A program made the translations under genes and the position numbers. From Candidatus Babeliales bacterium (GTDB lineage Bacteria; Babelota; Babeliae; Babelales; JANWKD01): DNA of 21,542 nt. Of the stretch, positions 8,754 through 16,513 are shown one piece after another. The stretch is taken from the NCBI GenBank assembly GCA_963722075.1, contig CAVRJM010000003.1, positions 1 to 21,542 of the forward strand, in the 5' to 3' direction. Under the pieces are notes generated by a model. That model made no database searches and had not been told where the DNA came from. It worked only from the letters and a program-made list of their open reading frames with translations. Within the stretch, counting starts at the first letter, position 1, and each line of letters opens with the position of its first letter.

Positions 8754-9551
8754 GAGATTCTTTATTCTCTTTATTATTTAGTTTTTCTTCTAGCATAACA
8801 GTAATTTGTTTGTTTTTTATACGATGTGCTATTTCTAGTGGAGTTCCATTTTCATTGGTTTGAAAATCAACCTCGATACCTGGCTGAGCAAGTAATAAAC
8901 TAACGACCTGTGGATTTCCAGCTTCTATGGCATATACTAAAGCGGTATATCCTTCATTTGTTTCACGAATGTTTACTGAAGCGCCTGCTTCTAATAACGC
9001 TTTAATGATTGCCAATTGATCGTTTTTACTATTAAAAATGGATTCGCTTTTCATGCAAATAAGATGGAGCGTTGTAAGACCATTATTATCGGTGGTATCT
9101 ACATTGATTCCAAGTTGGATAAAATTTTTTACTGCATTTAATTGTATATGTTCAGCTGCAATATGAAGTAATGTTTGCCTTTCTTTTTTTGTGCGTGTAC
9201 TTATATTCCCTTTTTCAAGCAGTTTACTAATGATAAAAATATTGCCTTGCGTGCTGCTACCTGTAAATGGATCTCTTCAATTTTTGCATCATGTTGCAAT
9301 AACAAGTTAGTAATTGCTTCATTGTCGCCTTCAATTGCTAGAGATAAAGGGGACCCCATAAAAGATGAAGCATCAACATTTGCACCATTGGAAACTGCTT
9401 GTGTTATTACTTCCAACGGTGTTGAAGAAAGATAACTTTTATTAAATGCATGAAATAGTTGTTGAGTATGCATATCCATAGCATATGATGAAATCATGCA
9501 TGCAAAAAGGAGGAAATTAAATTGGATAATTTTTTTATAGCAAAGAGACAT
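8731..9551 (-). pseudogene. Frameshifted ankyrin-repeat gene, tandem paralog of 7935..8753 (joins ORFs 9201..9551 and 8731..9054)
   Basis: Adding one base near 9247 gives QVAARKGNIFIISKLL (paralog: HKAARIGNVVVIQKLL). It then continues QTLLHIAA..NFIQLGINV..GLTTLHLICMK in frame with 8731..9054. The repaired length is 273 aa versus 272 aa for the paralog. Confidence 0.8.
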
Positions 9552-9674
9552 AAAAATCCTTTTGATGTTAATAAAACACCTAAAAAATTACCATATATAA
9601 ATGCTTTTTGTAAGAAATTATGAAGATAGATTGCTGCAAAAGTTTTTTGTTATTTATATTTTTATTCGTTATGC

Positions 9675-9702
9675 AAGAAAGGGAGAAAAATCTCCCTTTC
9701 TT
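9675..9702 (-). terminator. Hairpin, probable intrinsic terminator of the 452-aa gene
   Basis: Perfect 12-bp inverted repeat AAGAAAGGGAGA-AAAA-TCTCCCTTTCTT abutting the stop codon. Confidence 0.7.
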
Positions 9703-11060
9703 TATTCCAGTTGGCGTCTTTTAATTTCATATGCTATCTCATACATTCTTTTAGTCATTTCTTGAAGTTCCTTATTAGAAGTTAAAAGATAGAAATTCAT
9801 GATTGTATTTTCATTCTTTTTATGAGGATTATACATGATAATATCTGAATGCAAAACAACTCGTGCTTGGTAATAGGGTAACAGCATTTTCTTTTGCTCT
9901 TGTAATTCTACTATGGAACAATCTTGTCCTTGTACACCAAGCATTTCAGATACGTAACACCATTGCTCAGCTTTTTTTCGCGGAATCATTAGTTGGATTA
10001 ATCCTGCTGAGGCGTTTTTCTCATAATCAGTTAGTTCGTTTTTATATTTTTGGTATAGATCTGCTGCGCCATAATCTTCAAATACTTCTTGCATTAAATT
10101 GGATGTGATGTCTTTTGCTGTATTATCAATGAGCATTGGAAGATAAGGAATTGTTGAAGGCTTTTTTACAATCTCTTTAACAATTTTTCCCATAACAGAT
10201 GGTTGGTGCATACTGAGGCTTATAACATTGAGCATAGTATCAACCGTTTGTGTTAACCACGAGCAGGGCATAGCAATAAATTCTAAACTTGATTCTTTAC
10301 GTGGTGAAGTAATCCAAGAATTATTTCCGTAAAGTCCAAGATTAGCACATAATAGCTCATCACGATTTTGCGTAAGGTCTAAGTATACTAATTGCCTACC
10401 CGTGCGAACGGGAGTTCCAGTAGCAACTACAAGTGTTTCTGGTATACGGGGTGCTGAGTTATATTTTTCTGTATAATATTCTTGAGCATTAGCATACCTA
10501 GCACAGGCTTTAATTGTGGCTGAATTACGCAATAAAACGAACTTATCCTTTGGATTATCATTAAGCACTTCATCCAAAATTGTCCTTAATAACATTGAAG
10601 CTCCTCTCGTTGTGCCATGAACTACTGATACATAATCTCGTTGATATCTGTTTTCTTCATGGCAAACATAACGCGCAAGATGATTTAATTGCTTACGTAT
10701 GCGGGGCATAATAACCCAATTATGCAGTATTGAAAGTCGATTTATCTGCTGTTTTGTTAATGTAGGATTATTTATTCCGGTAACTAATGAAAGTACTATA
10801 TCATTATCAAGTTGATCTTTAGTAACTGAATTGGTGATTGATTTTTCTTTATATTGTTTCAGTAAAGAGCTAACCGATTGAGGCTTTGAAGGAGTACTAA
10901 CATTATAAATTTCACGATCATCAATTGTATCATAATAATATGCAGCAGTTCCGATTCCAAAAGCGGTTAACTTCTTTTTATGTGACGATAATAATTTCAT
11001 TCCATGAGTATTACTACTAATCAAAAGTAATAATACAATATATAAATATTTTACAGTCAT
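9702..11060 (-). CDS. Secreted hypothetical protein, 452 aa
   Basis: Long ORF, AAGGA RBS, signal-like N-terminus (YLYIVLLLLISSNTHG/MK). No confident family assignment. Confidence 0.8.
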   Translation of the reverse strand: MTVKYLYIVLLLLISSNTHGMKLLSSHKKKLTAFGIGTAAYYYDTIDDREIYNVSTPSKPQSVSSLLKQYKEKSITNSVTKDQLDNDIVLSLVTGINNPTLTKQQINRLSILHNWVIMPRIRKQLNHLARYVCHEENRYQRDYVSVVHGTTRGASMLLRTILDEVLNDNPKDKFVLLRNSATIKACARYANAQEYYTEKYNSAPRIPETLVVATGTPVRTGRQLVYLDLTQNRDELLCANLGLYGNNSWITSPRKESSLEFIAMPCSWLTQTVDTMLNVISLSMHQPSVMGKIVKEIVKKPSTIPYLPMLIDNTAKDITSNLMQEVFEDYGAADLYQKYKNELTDYEKNASAGLIQLMIPRKKAEQWCYVSEMLGVQGQDCSIVELQEQKKMLLPYYQARVVLHSDIIMYNPHKKNENTIMNFYLLTSNKELQEMTKRMYEIAYEIKRRQLE

Positions 11061-11196
11061 AATATTTCCTTAACCCTTTTTAAGGGCTTATTTGTATTAA
11101 AAATATAATAGTGGCGCTTTGATAATGCTTATGAAAGCACTATTTACTGGCGTATTTTGCTTTTTAAAATATTAAAAAGCTCAAAATTGAATCTAA

Positions 11197-11328
11197 TTAA
11201 AAATTGAAAAAAATAATAAATGGGGAAATGCTTCCAAAAGAGAAAGTAATAGAAATGAAATTAATGAAAGAGTGGGAATGCGGTAATGAAGGACTGAGAG
11301 TGCTTTTTAAAAGCGGTTTATGTAACAT
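11197..11328 (-). CDS. Short leader-like ORF B, 43 aa, Phe/Ile-rich (MLHKPLLKSTLSPSLPHSHSFINFISITFSFGSISPFIIFFNF)
   Basis: Translated by hand. AAAGGAAAGGCC immediately precedes the ATG, a promoter lies upstream, and it ends about 136 nt before the 452-aa gene. Confidence 0.55.
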   Translation of the reverse strand: MLHKPLLKSTLSPSLPHSHSFINFISITFSFGSISPFIIFFNF

Positions 11329-11373
11329 GGCCTTTCCTTTATATAGGCGTGAAAAATACAATTACTACTAAAT

Positions 11374-11401
11374 ATTCTATCAATATAATTTATAATGTCA
11401 A
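11374..11401 (-). promoter_or_regulatory. Sigma70-type promoter for leader B and the 452-aa gene
   Basis: Minus strand TTGACA (11401-11396), 16 nt spacer, TAGAAT (11379-11374), with an extended -10 TGn. Confidence 0.65.
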
Positions 11402-11457
11402 ATAAAAATTTTTTAATAAAATAGCTATCATAAGGCGCCTATTAGGCTTTATGGAGC

Positions 11458-11495
11458 GGTAATACTTGCATTACCAGTATTAATTTTAATATAAT
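11458..11495 (+). promoter_or_regulatory. Probable promoter/operator of the AbrB-family gene
   Basis: TTGCAT (11466-11471) and TATAAT (11490-11495), overlapped by interleaved palindromes GGTAAT-N6-ATTACC and TAATACT-N9-AGTATTA. Confidence 0.45.
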
Positions 11496-11532
11496 AAACT
11501 TAAATACTATTCTATTTTAGAAGGTATAACTT

Positions 11533-11763
11533 ATGAAATTTCCAAAATTAACTTCAAAATATCAAGCGACTATACCTAAAGAAATACGCGATTTTTTAGA
11601 TCTAAAGCCAGGCGATTCAATTACTTTTCAAATAGCTGATAATAATATTGTCATAAAGAAAACTAAAAATTTTGATAAAGCTTATATGCAAGTATTAAAT
11701 CAGACATTAAGTGAATGGGAATCTGAAAATGACGAAGAAGCTTTTGAATGTATACAAATATAA
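11533..11763 (+). CDS. AbrB/MazE/SpoVT-family DNA-binding protein (antitoxin-like), no toxin downstream
   Basis: KLTSKYQATIPKEIR..L.LKPGD.I.F swapped-hairpin signature, acidic tail LSEWESENDEEAF, GAAGG RBS. Confidence 0.85.
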   Translation: MKFPKLTSKYQATIPKEIRDFLDLKPGDSITFQIADNNIVIKKTKNFDKAYMQVLNQTLSEWESENDEEAFECIQI

Positions 11764-11826
11764 CTTAGGCTCTGTTGAGTTTTTGGAAAATTTTAAAGTT
11801 TAAAGATTATATATTTAGGAAAAAGC

Positions 11827-11971
11827 CGTCGTCACGATCCGAATCCGTCGACGCCAAGGCTATGCCGGACAAGGGCGTGGAGACTGTGTCCGCCGTAGCT
11901 CGTAGCGAAAGCTGGATCCAGGCTAAAATTTTCAAGAAAACCTGGACTGCTTCGACAAGCTCGCAACGACG
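11827..11971. repeat. GC-rich composite REP/RPE-like palindromic element
   Basis: Outer inverted repeat CGTCGTCACGA/TCGCAACGACG, inner TCCAGG/CCTGGA, plus two nested TGTCCG..TAGC..GGA units. Related to 19961-20045. Confidence 0.7.
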
Positions 11972-12100
11972 TACCTTAATAATTTATATCAATTGAGCAA
12001 GTTTTTTTGCTTAGTAAGCAATTAAACATATAAAACTCACCAGAACTAGATCAAATCTTCTACGAGCAAGAGTAGGCCAATGTTCTGCAATTTATGTTTT

Positions 12101-12130
12101 TTGACAAAAAGTCATTTTTTGTGCTATTAT
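12101..12130 (+). promoter_or_regulatory. Sigma70-type promoter for leader A and the ABC operon
   Basis: TTGACA (12101-12106), 18 nt spacer, TATTAT (12125-12130), with an extended -10 TGn. Confidence 0.65.
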
Positions 12131-12172
12131 TACAATTAAACCGTATTTTAATCTTATATTAAAGGAAAAACC

Positions 12173-12313
12173 ATGACTTTACAGCGTTTACGGGATTTGC
12201 CTTTAGAGCTTATTTCTCACCGTAATTCACCTTTATCTCTTTCTACTACTCTTCTTTCTACTCTTTTTTATTCTTATTCTTATTTTACCCCTTTTTATTA
12301 TCGTTATTTTTAA
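12173..12313 (+). CDS. Short leader-peptide-like ORF A, 46 aa, Leu-rich then Tyr/Phe-rich (MTLQRLRDLPLELISHRNSPLSLSTTLLSTLFYSYSYFTPFYYRYF)
   Basis: Translated by hand. AAAGGAAAAACC precedes the ATG. It has 10 Leu in the first 31 codons and 6 Tyr + 4 Phe in the last 15, and lies 144 nt upstream of the ABC binding protein. Confidence 0.65.
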   Translation: MTLQRLRDLPLELISHRNSPLSLSTTLLSTLFYSYSYFTPFYYRYF

Positions 12314-12457
12314 TTATTTCCCGTTTTTTTAAGTAATTTTTTTTGTGTAAGTGCGCATTAATTTATTTTGGCACTATTCAAACAATTTTTGCTTTAATCA
12401 TTACTTTTAATGACTATACAACAAGTATAGAAATACTATTTATTTGAGGATTTTATT

Positions 12458-13444
12458 ATGAAACAGAATATGCTATTACCGTTTGTAATCGGGGGATTAT
12501 TACTTGGATTATTACTTATTAATCCGATAAAAAAGTACCTAAAGCCGTCATCAGCATCAATTATAACCATTGGCATTATACAAACGGCATCGCATCCAGC
12601 ATTAGATCAAGCGCGTGAAGGGTTTATACAAACATTACAACAAAAATTAGGTAACGCCATACAATTTAATGTGCATAATGGGCAAGGCTCTTTAGCCAAC
12701 CTTCATACTATTGCAAAAAATCTTGCACACAATGATGAAGTAACAGGTATTTTTGCTATTGGAACGCCGGCTTTACAAGCGATTGCTGCAATAGAAAAAG
12801 AAAAACCGATTTTTATTTCAGCAGTTACGAATCCGCATGCGCTTGGATTGTTATCAGCAGATAGAAATATTTGTGGCTCAACAGATGCTATTACTATTGA
12901 TGATCAGATTGATTTAATTACTCATCTCTTTGCCAATGCACACAAAATAGGGATTTTATTTAATACTGGTGAAGTTAATTCGGTCAATCTAGTTGCTCAG
13001 ATGAAAGAAGCGTTGCTTAAATCAGGGCTTACTTTTTATGAAATTGGCATAACTAATGAATCAGAAATTCCTATGGCCTTGAGTAGTGCTTTACCGCAAG
13101 TAGATGTAGTATGGGCACCCACGGATAATACCGTTGCCGTTGCAGCTTCTTATATAGCGCACAAAGCAGCGGAACTAAAAAAGCCGTTTATTGCGAGCGA
13201 TAATTTATTAGTGCAAAAAGGAGCATGTGCTGCTTCTGGGATAGATTATTTTAAATCAGGACAGCAAGCGGCTCAAGCAGCTATCGCTGTACTGGTTGAT
13301 CATCAAAAACCTGCCGTATTAGAAATTGCTACTCCCGTTATAGATCAAATTGTTATTAATAAAAAATGTATGAATGAATTAGGAATTGAAATACCAGCTT
13401 CTTTGGCAAAAAAAATAGTTATCATTGAAGGGGAGGATCTATGA
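12458..13444 (+). CDS. ABC transporter substrate-binding protein, putative Trp/Tyr/Phe importer family (COG2984-like)
   Basis: IGIIQTASHPALD..REGF, NGQG, AIGTPA, SAVT.P, GEVNS, PTDNTV, GIDY...G.QAA. N-terminal membrane anchor and GAGGA RBS. Confidence 0.9.
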   Translation: MKQNMLLPFVIGGLLLGLLLINPIKKYLKPSSASIITIGIIQTASHPALDQAREGFIQTLQQKLGNAIQFNVHNGQGSLANLHTIAKNLAHNDEVTGIFAIGTPALQAIAAIEKEKPIFISAVTNPHALGLLSADRNICGSTDAITIDDQIDLITHLFANAHKIGILFNTGEVNSVNLVAQMKEALLKSGLTFYEIGITNESEIPMALSSALPQVDVVWAPTDNTVAVAASYIAHKAAELKKPFIASDNLLVQKGACAASGIDYFKSGQQAAQAAIAVLVDHQKPAVLEIATPVIDQIVINKKCMNELGIEIPASLAKKIVIIEGEDL

Positions 13445-14283
13445 TTACGCTTGCAACAGTGACAACCATTATAGAGCTTGGTTGTATTTATTCATTAGTA
13501 GTAGTGAGTGCATGGCTTACTTCTTGCGTGGTAAAAATATACGATCTTTCAATGGAGGGAAGTTTTTGCCTTGGTGGCGCGCTAACAGCGCTTTTATTAA
13601 TGGATACAACCATACCGGCATTTTTTATTATTCCCGTTACTATATTGATAGGGGCATTCATTGGTTTATTAAATGGTTTACTGCAAACAAAGCTACGATT
13701 TAATGATTTATTAAGCGGCTTGATAATTACAACGGCATTATTTTCCATTAATTTATTTATCGCTGGGCCCACTAAAACGGTACATAGTTCAAAAACTATT
13801 TTTTCAATTTCCGGGTTGCCGGTGACCGTGTCCCAATTATTTTTATTAAGTATCATTGCGCTAACAGTTATTGGATTAATTCGTTGGCTGTTTAGTACGC
13901 AAATAGGATTGCTTATGCGTGCTACGGGAAGTAATCCGTTGCTACTTGCCGATTTAGGTAAGAATAAATCGTGGTATTTTACCAGTATTTTAATGATTTC
14001 AAATGCGTTAACTGCACTGGCTGGATCACTATTTGTGCAATATATTGGTTTTTTTTCTATTTGGTCGGGTGTTGGCATACTATTGATTGCGCTTACCGGG
14101 CTTTTAATGGCGCAGCTATTGGGCGCTGGTGTTGGCATTAATCTCATGGTAGGTGCGTTTCTATATCAGCTCATTATAACACTTACCTATGAATTTTCCG
14201 TTTCGCCTGATTGGCACAAACTTATTACCACACTTTTAATGGTTATATTAATGCTCAGTTCATCACGGAGGTCTCATGCTTAA
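13441..14283 (+). CDS. ABC transporter permease (COG4120-like)
   Basis: Multi-TM protein with DLSMEGSF.LGGA, LLSG.I...ALFSINL, GL.MRATGSN and SNALTALAGSL. ATGA overlap with the upstream gene. Confidence 0.9.
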   Translation: MITLATVTTIIELGCIYSLVVVSAWLTSCVVKIYDLSMEGSFCLGGALTALLLMDTTIPAFFIIPVTILIGAFIGLLNGLLQTKLRFNDLLSGLIITTALFSINLFIAGPTKTVHSSKTIFSISGLPVTVSQLFLLSIIALTVIGLIRWLFSTQIGLLMRATGSNPLLLADLGKNKSWYFTSILMISNALTALAGSLFVQYIGFFSIWSGVGILLIALTGLLMAQLLGAGVGINLMVGAFLYQLIITLTYEFSVSPDWHKLITTLLMVILMLSSSRRSHA

Positions 14284-15010
14284 AACTAACGATATAGAAG
14301 TAATAATTAATGGTGTAATAATTTTACGAAACATTACTATTGAACTGCATGCTGGAGATTTTGTAGTGATTGTAGGGCCGAATGGTGCTGGCAAAAGTAC
14401 GTTCATGAATATTATTACCGGTTTTGTAGTGCCTACCAATGGTTCATTGTTGCTTGATAACGAAGATATTACTCAATGGGACGTATTGAAGCGGGCTCAT
14501 GTTATAAATATGGTGCATCAAAACCCCACCAGGGGAACAGTTGCTGATATGACGGTGCAGGAAAATTTAGCGCTTGCTTGTTTAAAAGGAGTAAGAGCGG
14601 GTTTTGCTAATGGAATGCGTATATTGACTGATTTTCTTAATAACAATCCGCAACTACATATGCTTATTAATGCTAATCTTTTAGATAAAAAAATGAGTCA
14701 ATTATCAGGCGGCCAGCGGCAATTAATTGCTTTTATAATGGCAACGATTTACCCCACTTCTCTCTTGTTATTAGATGAACCAACTGCTGCCTTAGATCCA
14801 AAATCAGCAGATCACATGATTACTGTTATCGAGCAGTACGCGCAGGAACATAATACTATTACCATATTGATTACTCATACTATTGATGATGCGCTGCGAT
14901 TGGGAAATAAGCTTTGGATTATGAAAGGGGGGCAGATGGTAACTATGCTTGATAAACAAGAGAAAGAGAAATTGACGGGTGAAATAGTAAAGCAATTAAT
15001 TTCTTCATAA
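14276..15010 (+). CDS. ABC transporter ATP-binding protein (COG1101-like)
   Basis: Walker A GPNGAGKST, signature LSGGQRQ, Walker B LLLLDEPTAALDP, H-loop ITH. Confidence 0.95.
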   Translation: MLKTNDIEVIINGVIILRNITIELHAGDFVVIVGPNGAGKSTFMNIITGFVVPTNGSLLLDNEDITQWDVLKRAHVINMVHQNPTRGTVADMTVQENLALACLKGVRAGFANGMRILTDFLNNNPQLHMLINANLLDKKMSQLSGGQRQLIAFIMATIYPTSLLLLDEPTAALDPKSADHMITVIEQYAQEHNTITILITHTIDDALRLGNKLWIMKGGQMVTMLDKQEKEKLTGEIVKQLISS

Positions 15011-15041
15011 TTAATAATTTTTTCTTATGGCTTTATGCGCG

Positions 15042-15083
15042 TTATAATGATGGTTGTTCAATAATGAGCAACCTTCATTATAA
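15042..15083. other. Long intergenic inverted repeat/hairpin
   Basis: TTATAATGATGGTTGTTCA-ATAA-TGAGCAACCTTCATTATAA. The 19-nt arms have one G-U pair and one mismatch, and there is no U-tract. Confidence 0.7.
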
Positions 15084-15099
15084 AGTACAAAGGATTTAT

Positions 15100-15486
15100 A
15101 TGAAAAAAAATAATCAGATAATGGTAGGTCTCTTCTTAATTATTGCCAACCTCATTGTTCCTTTATTATTAAAAGCGGGCATTGAGCAAGATCTTTGTGA
15201 AATAGAATATGAACTCGGTCTATATACGATGGATCTTCTTAAGATAGTAATTGGGGTTTTTATCATAATTGGTGGCTTTGGGTTTTTTATGACCAGCAGT
15301 GCACGCCGTGCTCATTGGCCTTTATATATTCGCCGCATTTTTATGGGCATTTTTATTTTTTCTAATATTTTTAACCAAGCTGTTTTTACTGTTTTAAGTA
15401 TTCCGACTCGTAAAAATATTGTATGTATGATTGGCAAATGTATGTGCAAACTAAGGAATATAAAGGGCAATTATCATGAAAAATAA
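15100..15486 (+). CDS. Small hypothetical membrane protein
   Basis: ATG 15100 has an AAGGA RBS, whereas the track start 15064 lies inside the hairpin. Three hydrophobic segments, and it overlaps the ilvE start. Confidence 0.6.
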   Translation: MKKNNQIMVGLFLIIANLIVPLLLKAGIEQDLCEIEYELGLYTMDLLKIVIGVFIIIGGFGFFMTSSARRAHWPLYIRRIFMGIFIFSNIFNQAVFTVLSIPTRKNIVCMIGKCMCKLRNIKGNYHEK

Positions 15487-16498
15487 ACCATTTGGATCGC
15501 AATTTACTGATCACATGTTTGTTATGGAATGGAATACTGAGCAAGGGTGGTATAATAAGCGTATTCAACCTTATCAATCTTTTCAATTGGATCCTGCCGT
15601 TGCAAGCTTGCATTACGGGCAAGAAATCTTTGAAGGTATGAAAGCATTTGCTGCTACTAATGATCGAATAGTGCTATTTAGGCCGCGTAACAACTTAACA
15701 CGTATGAATAATTCTGCGCGTATTATGTGTATGCCTGAAATTGATGTTGAGGAAGTTCTTTCATGGCTTAAAAAGCTTGTTGAACTGGATAAGCAATGGG
15801 TGCCTACTGAGCGGGGAACTTCGCTGTATATTCGACCAACGATGATTGCTACTCAAAAAACACTTAATCTAAAGCCTTCTACCGATTTTATATTTTTTAT
15901 TATTCTATCGCCCGTTGGTGCGTTATATGAGCAAGGATTTAATCCGGTTTCTATTTTAGTGAGCGAACATTATACACGTGCTTCAGCAGGTGGCGTTGGG
16001 CAAGCAAAAGCTGGTGGTAATTATGCTGCTAGTATGCGGGCACAAAAAGAAGCGCAAGCTGTTGGCTGTGCGCAAGTATTATGGCTCGATCCTATTGAGA
16101 GAAACTATATTGAAGAAGTCGGGGCCATGAATATTTTCTTTGTAATAGATGGTGTGGTGGTGACTCCTTCATTAACCGATTCAATTTTGCCCGGTATTAC
16201 CCGCTTATCTGTTCTTGAATTGTGTAAAGCCAATGGCATTGCCTGCCAAGAACGGCGAATAACTATTCATGAAGTTGTTGAGGGTATTAAAAATGGCTCA
16301 GTTACTGAGATATTTGGCTCAGGTACGGCTGCGGTTATAACACCAGTAGGAAGTTTACGATATAAAGGCACTACGTACACGGTAAATAATAATCAGACCG
16401 GTCCTTTTACTCAGAAGCTATTTACATTGCTTACTGACATTCAATATGGAATTAGCGAAGATATTCATAATTGGGTAGAATTAGTGGGTATTATTTAA
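15476..16498 (+). CDS. ilvE: Branched-chain amino acid aminotransferase (PLP fold IV)
   Basis: FG..FTDHM, LHYGQEIFEGMKA, LYIRP, AKAGGNY (PLP lysine), EEVGAMN, ILPGITR, GSGTAAVI. Confidence 0.95.
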   Translation: MKNKPFGSQFTDHMFVMEWNTEQGWYNKRIQPYQSFQLDPAVASLHYGQEIFEGMKAFAATNDRIVLFRPRNNLTRMNNSARIMCMPEIDVEEVLSWLKKLVELDKQWVPTERGTSLYIRPTMIATQKTLNLKPSTDFIFFIILSPVGALYEQGFNPVSILVSEHYTRASAGGVGQAKAGGNYAASMRAQKEAQAVGCAQVLWLDPIERNYIEEVGAMNIFFVIDGVVVTPSLTDSILPGITRLSVLELCKANGIACQERRITIHEVVEGIKNGSVTEIFGSGTAAVITPVGSLRYKGTTYTVNNNQTGPFTQKLFTLLTDIQYGISEDIHNWVELVGII

Positions 16499-16513
16499 TT
16501 AAAAAGGGTTACT

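Noticed and set aside
11775..11996. 73-aa ORF as the missing toxin of the AbrB gene
   Set aside because: It has a non-ATG start, no PIN or PemK motifs, and the open frame is explained by the GC-rich palindromic element.
12188..12220. LRDLPLELISH in leader A as an F-box gene remnant
   Set aside because: The match is short and has no signal peptide or downstream continuation. The low-complexity tail and position fit a leader better.
13488..14147. 219-aa antisense ORF and other antisense or overlapping track ORFs (734..940, 2625..3072, 3796..4005, 4769..4975, 5129..5380, 7249..7464, 9175..9435, 9863..10108, 13425..13703, 14804..14995, 15386..15622, 17885..18178, 19208..19399, 20584..20868)
   Set aside because: These are shadows of well-supported genes or repeats and have no recognisable motifs.
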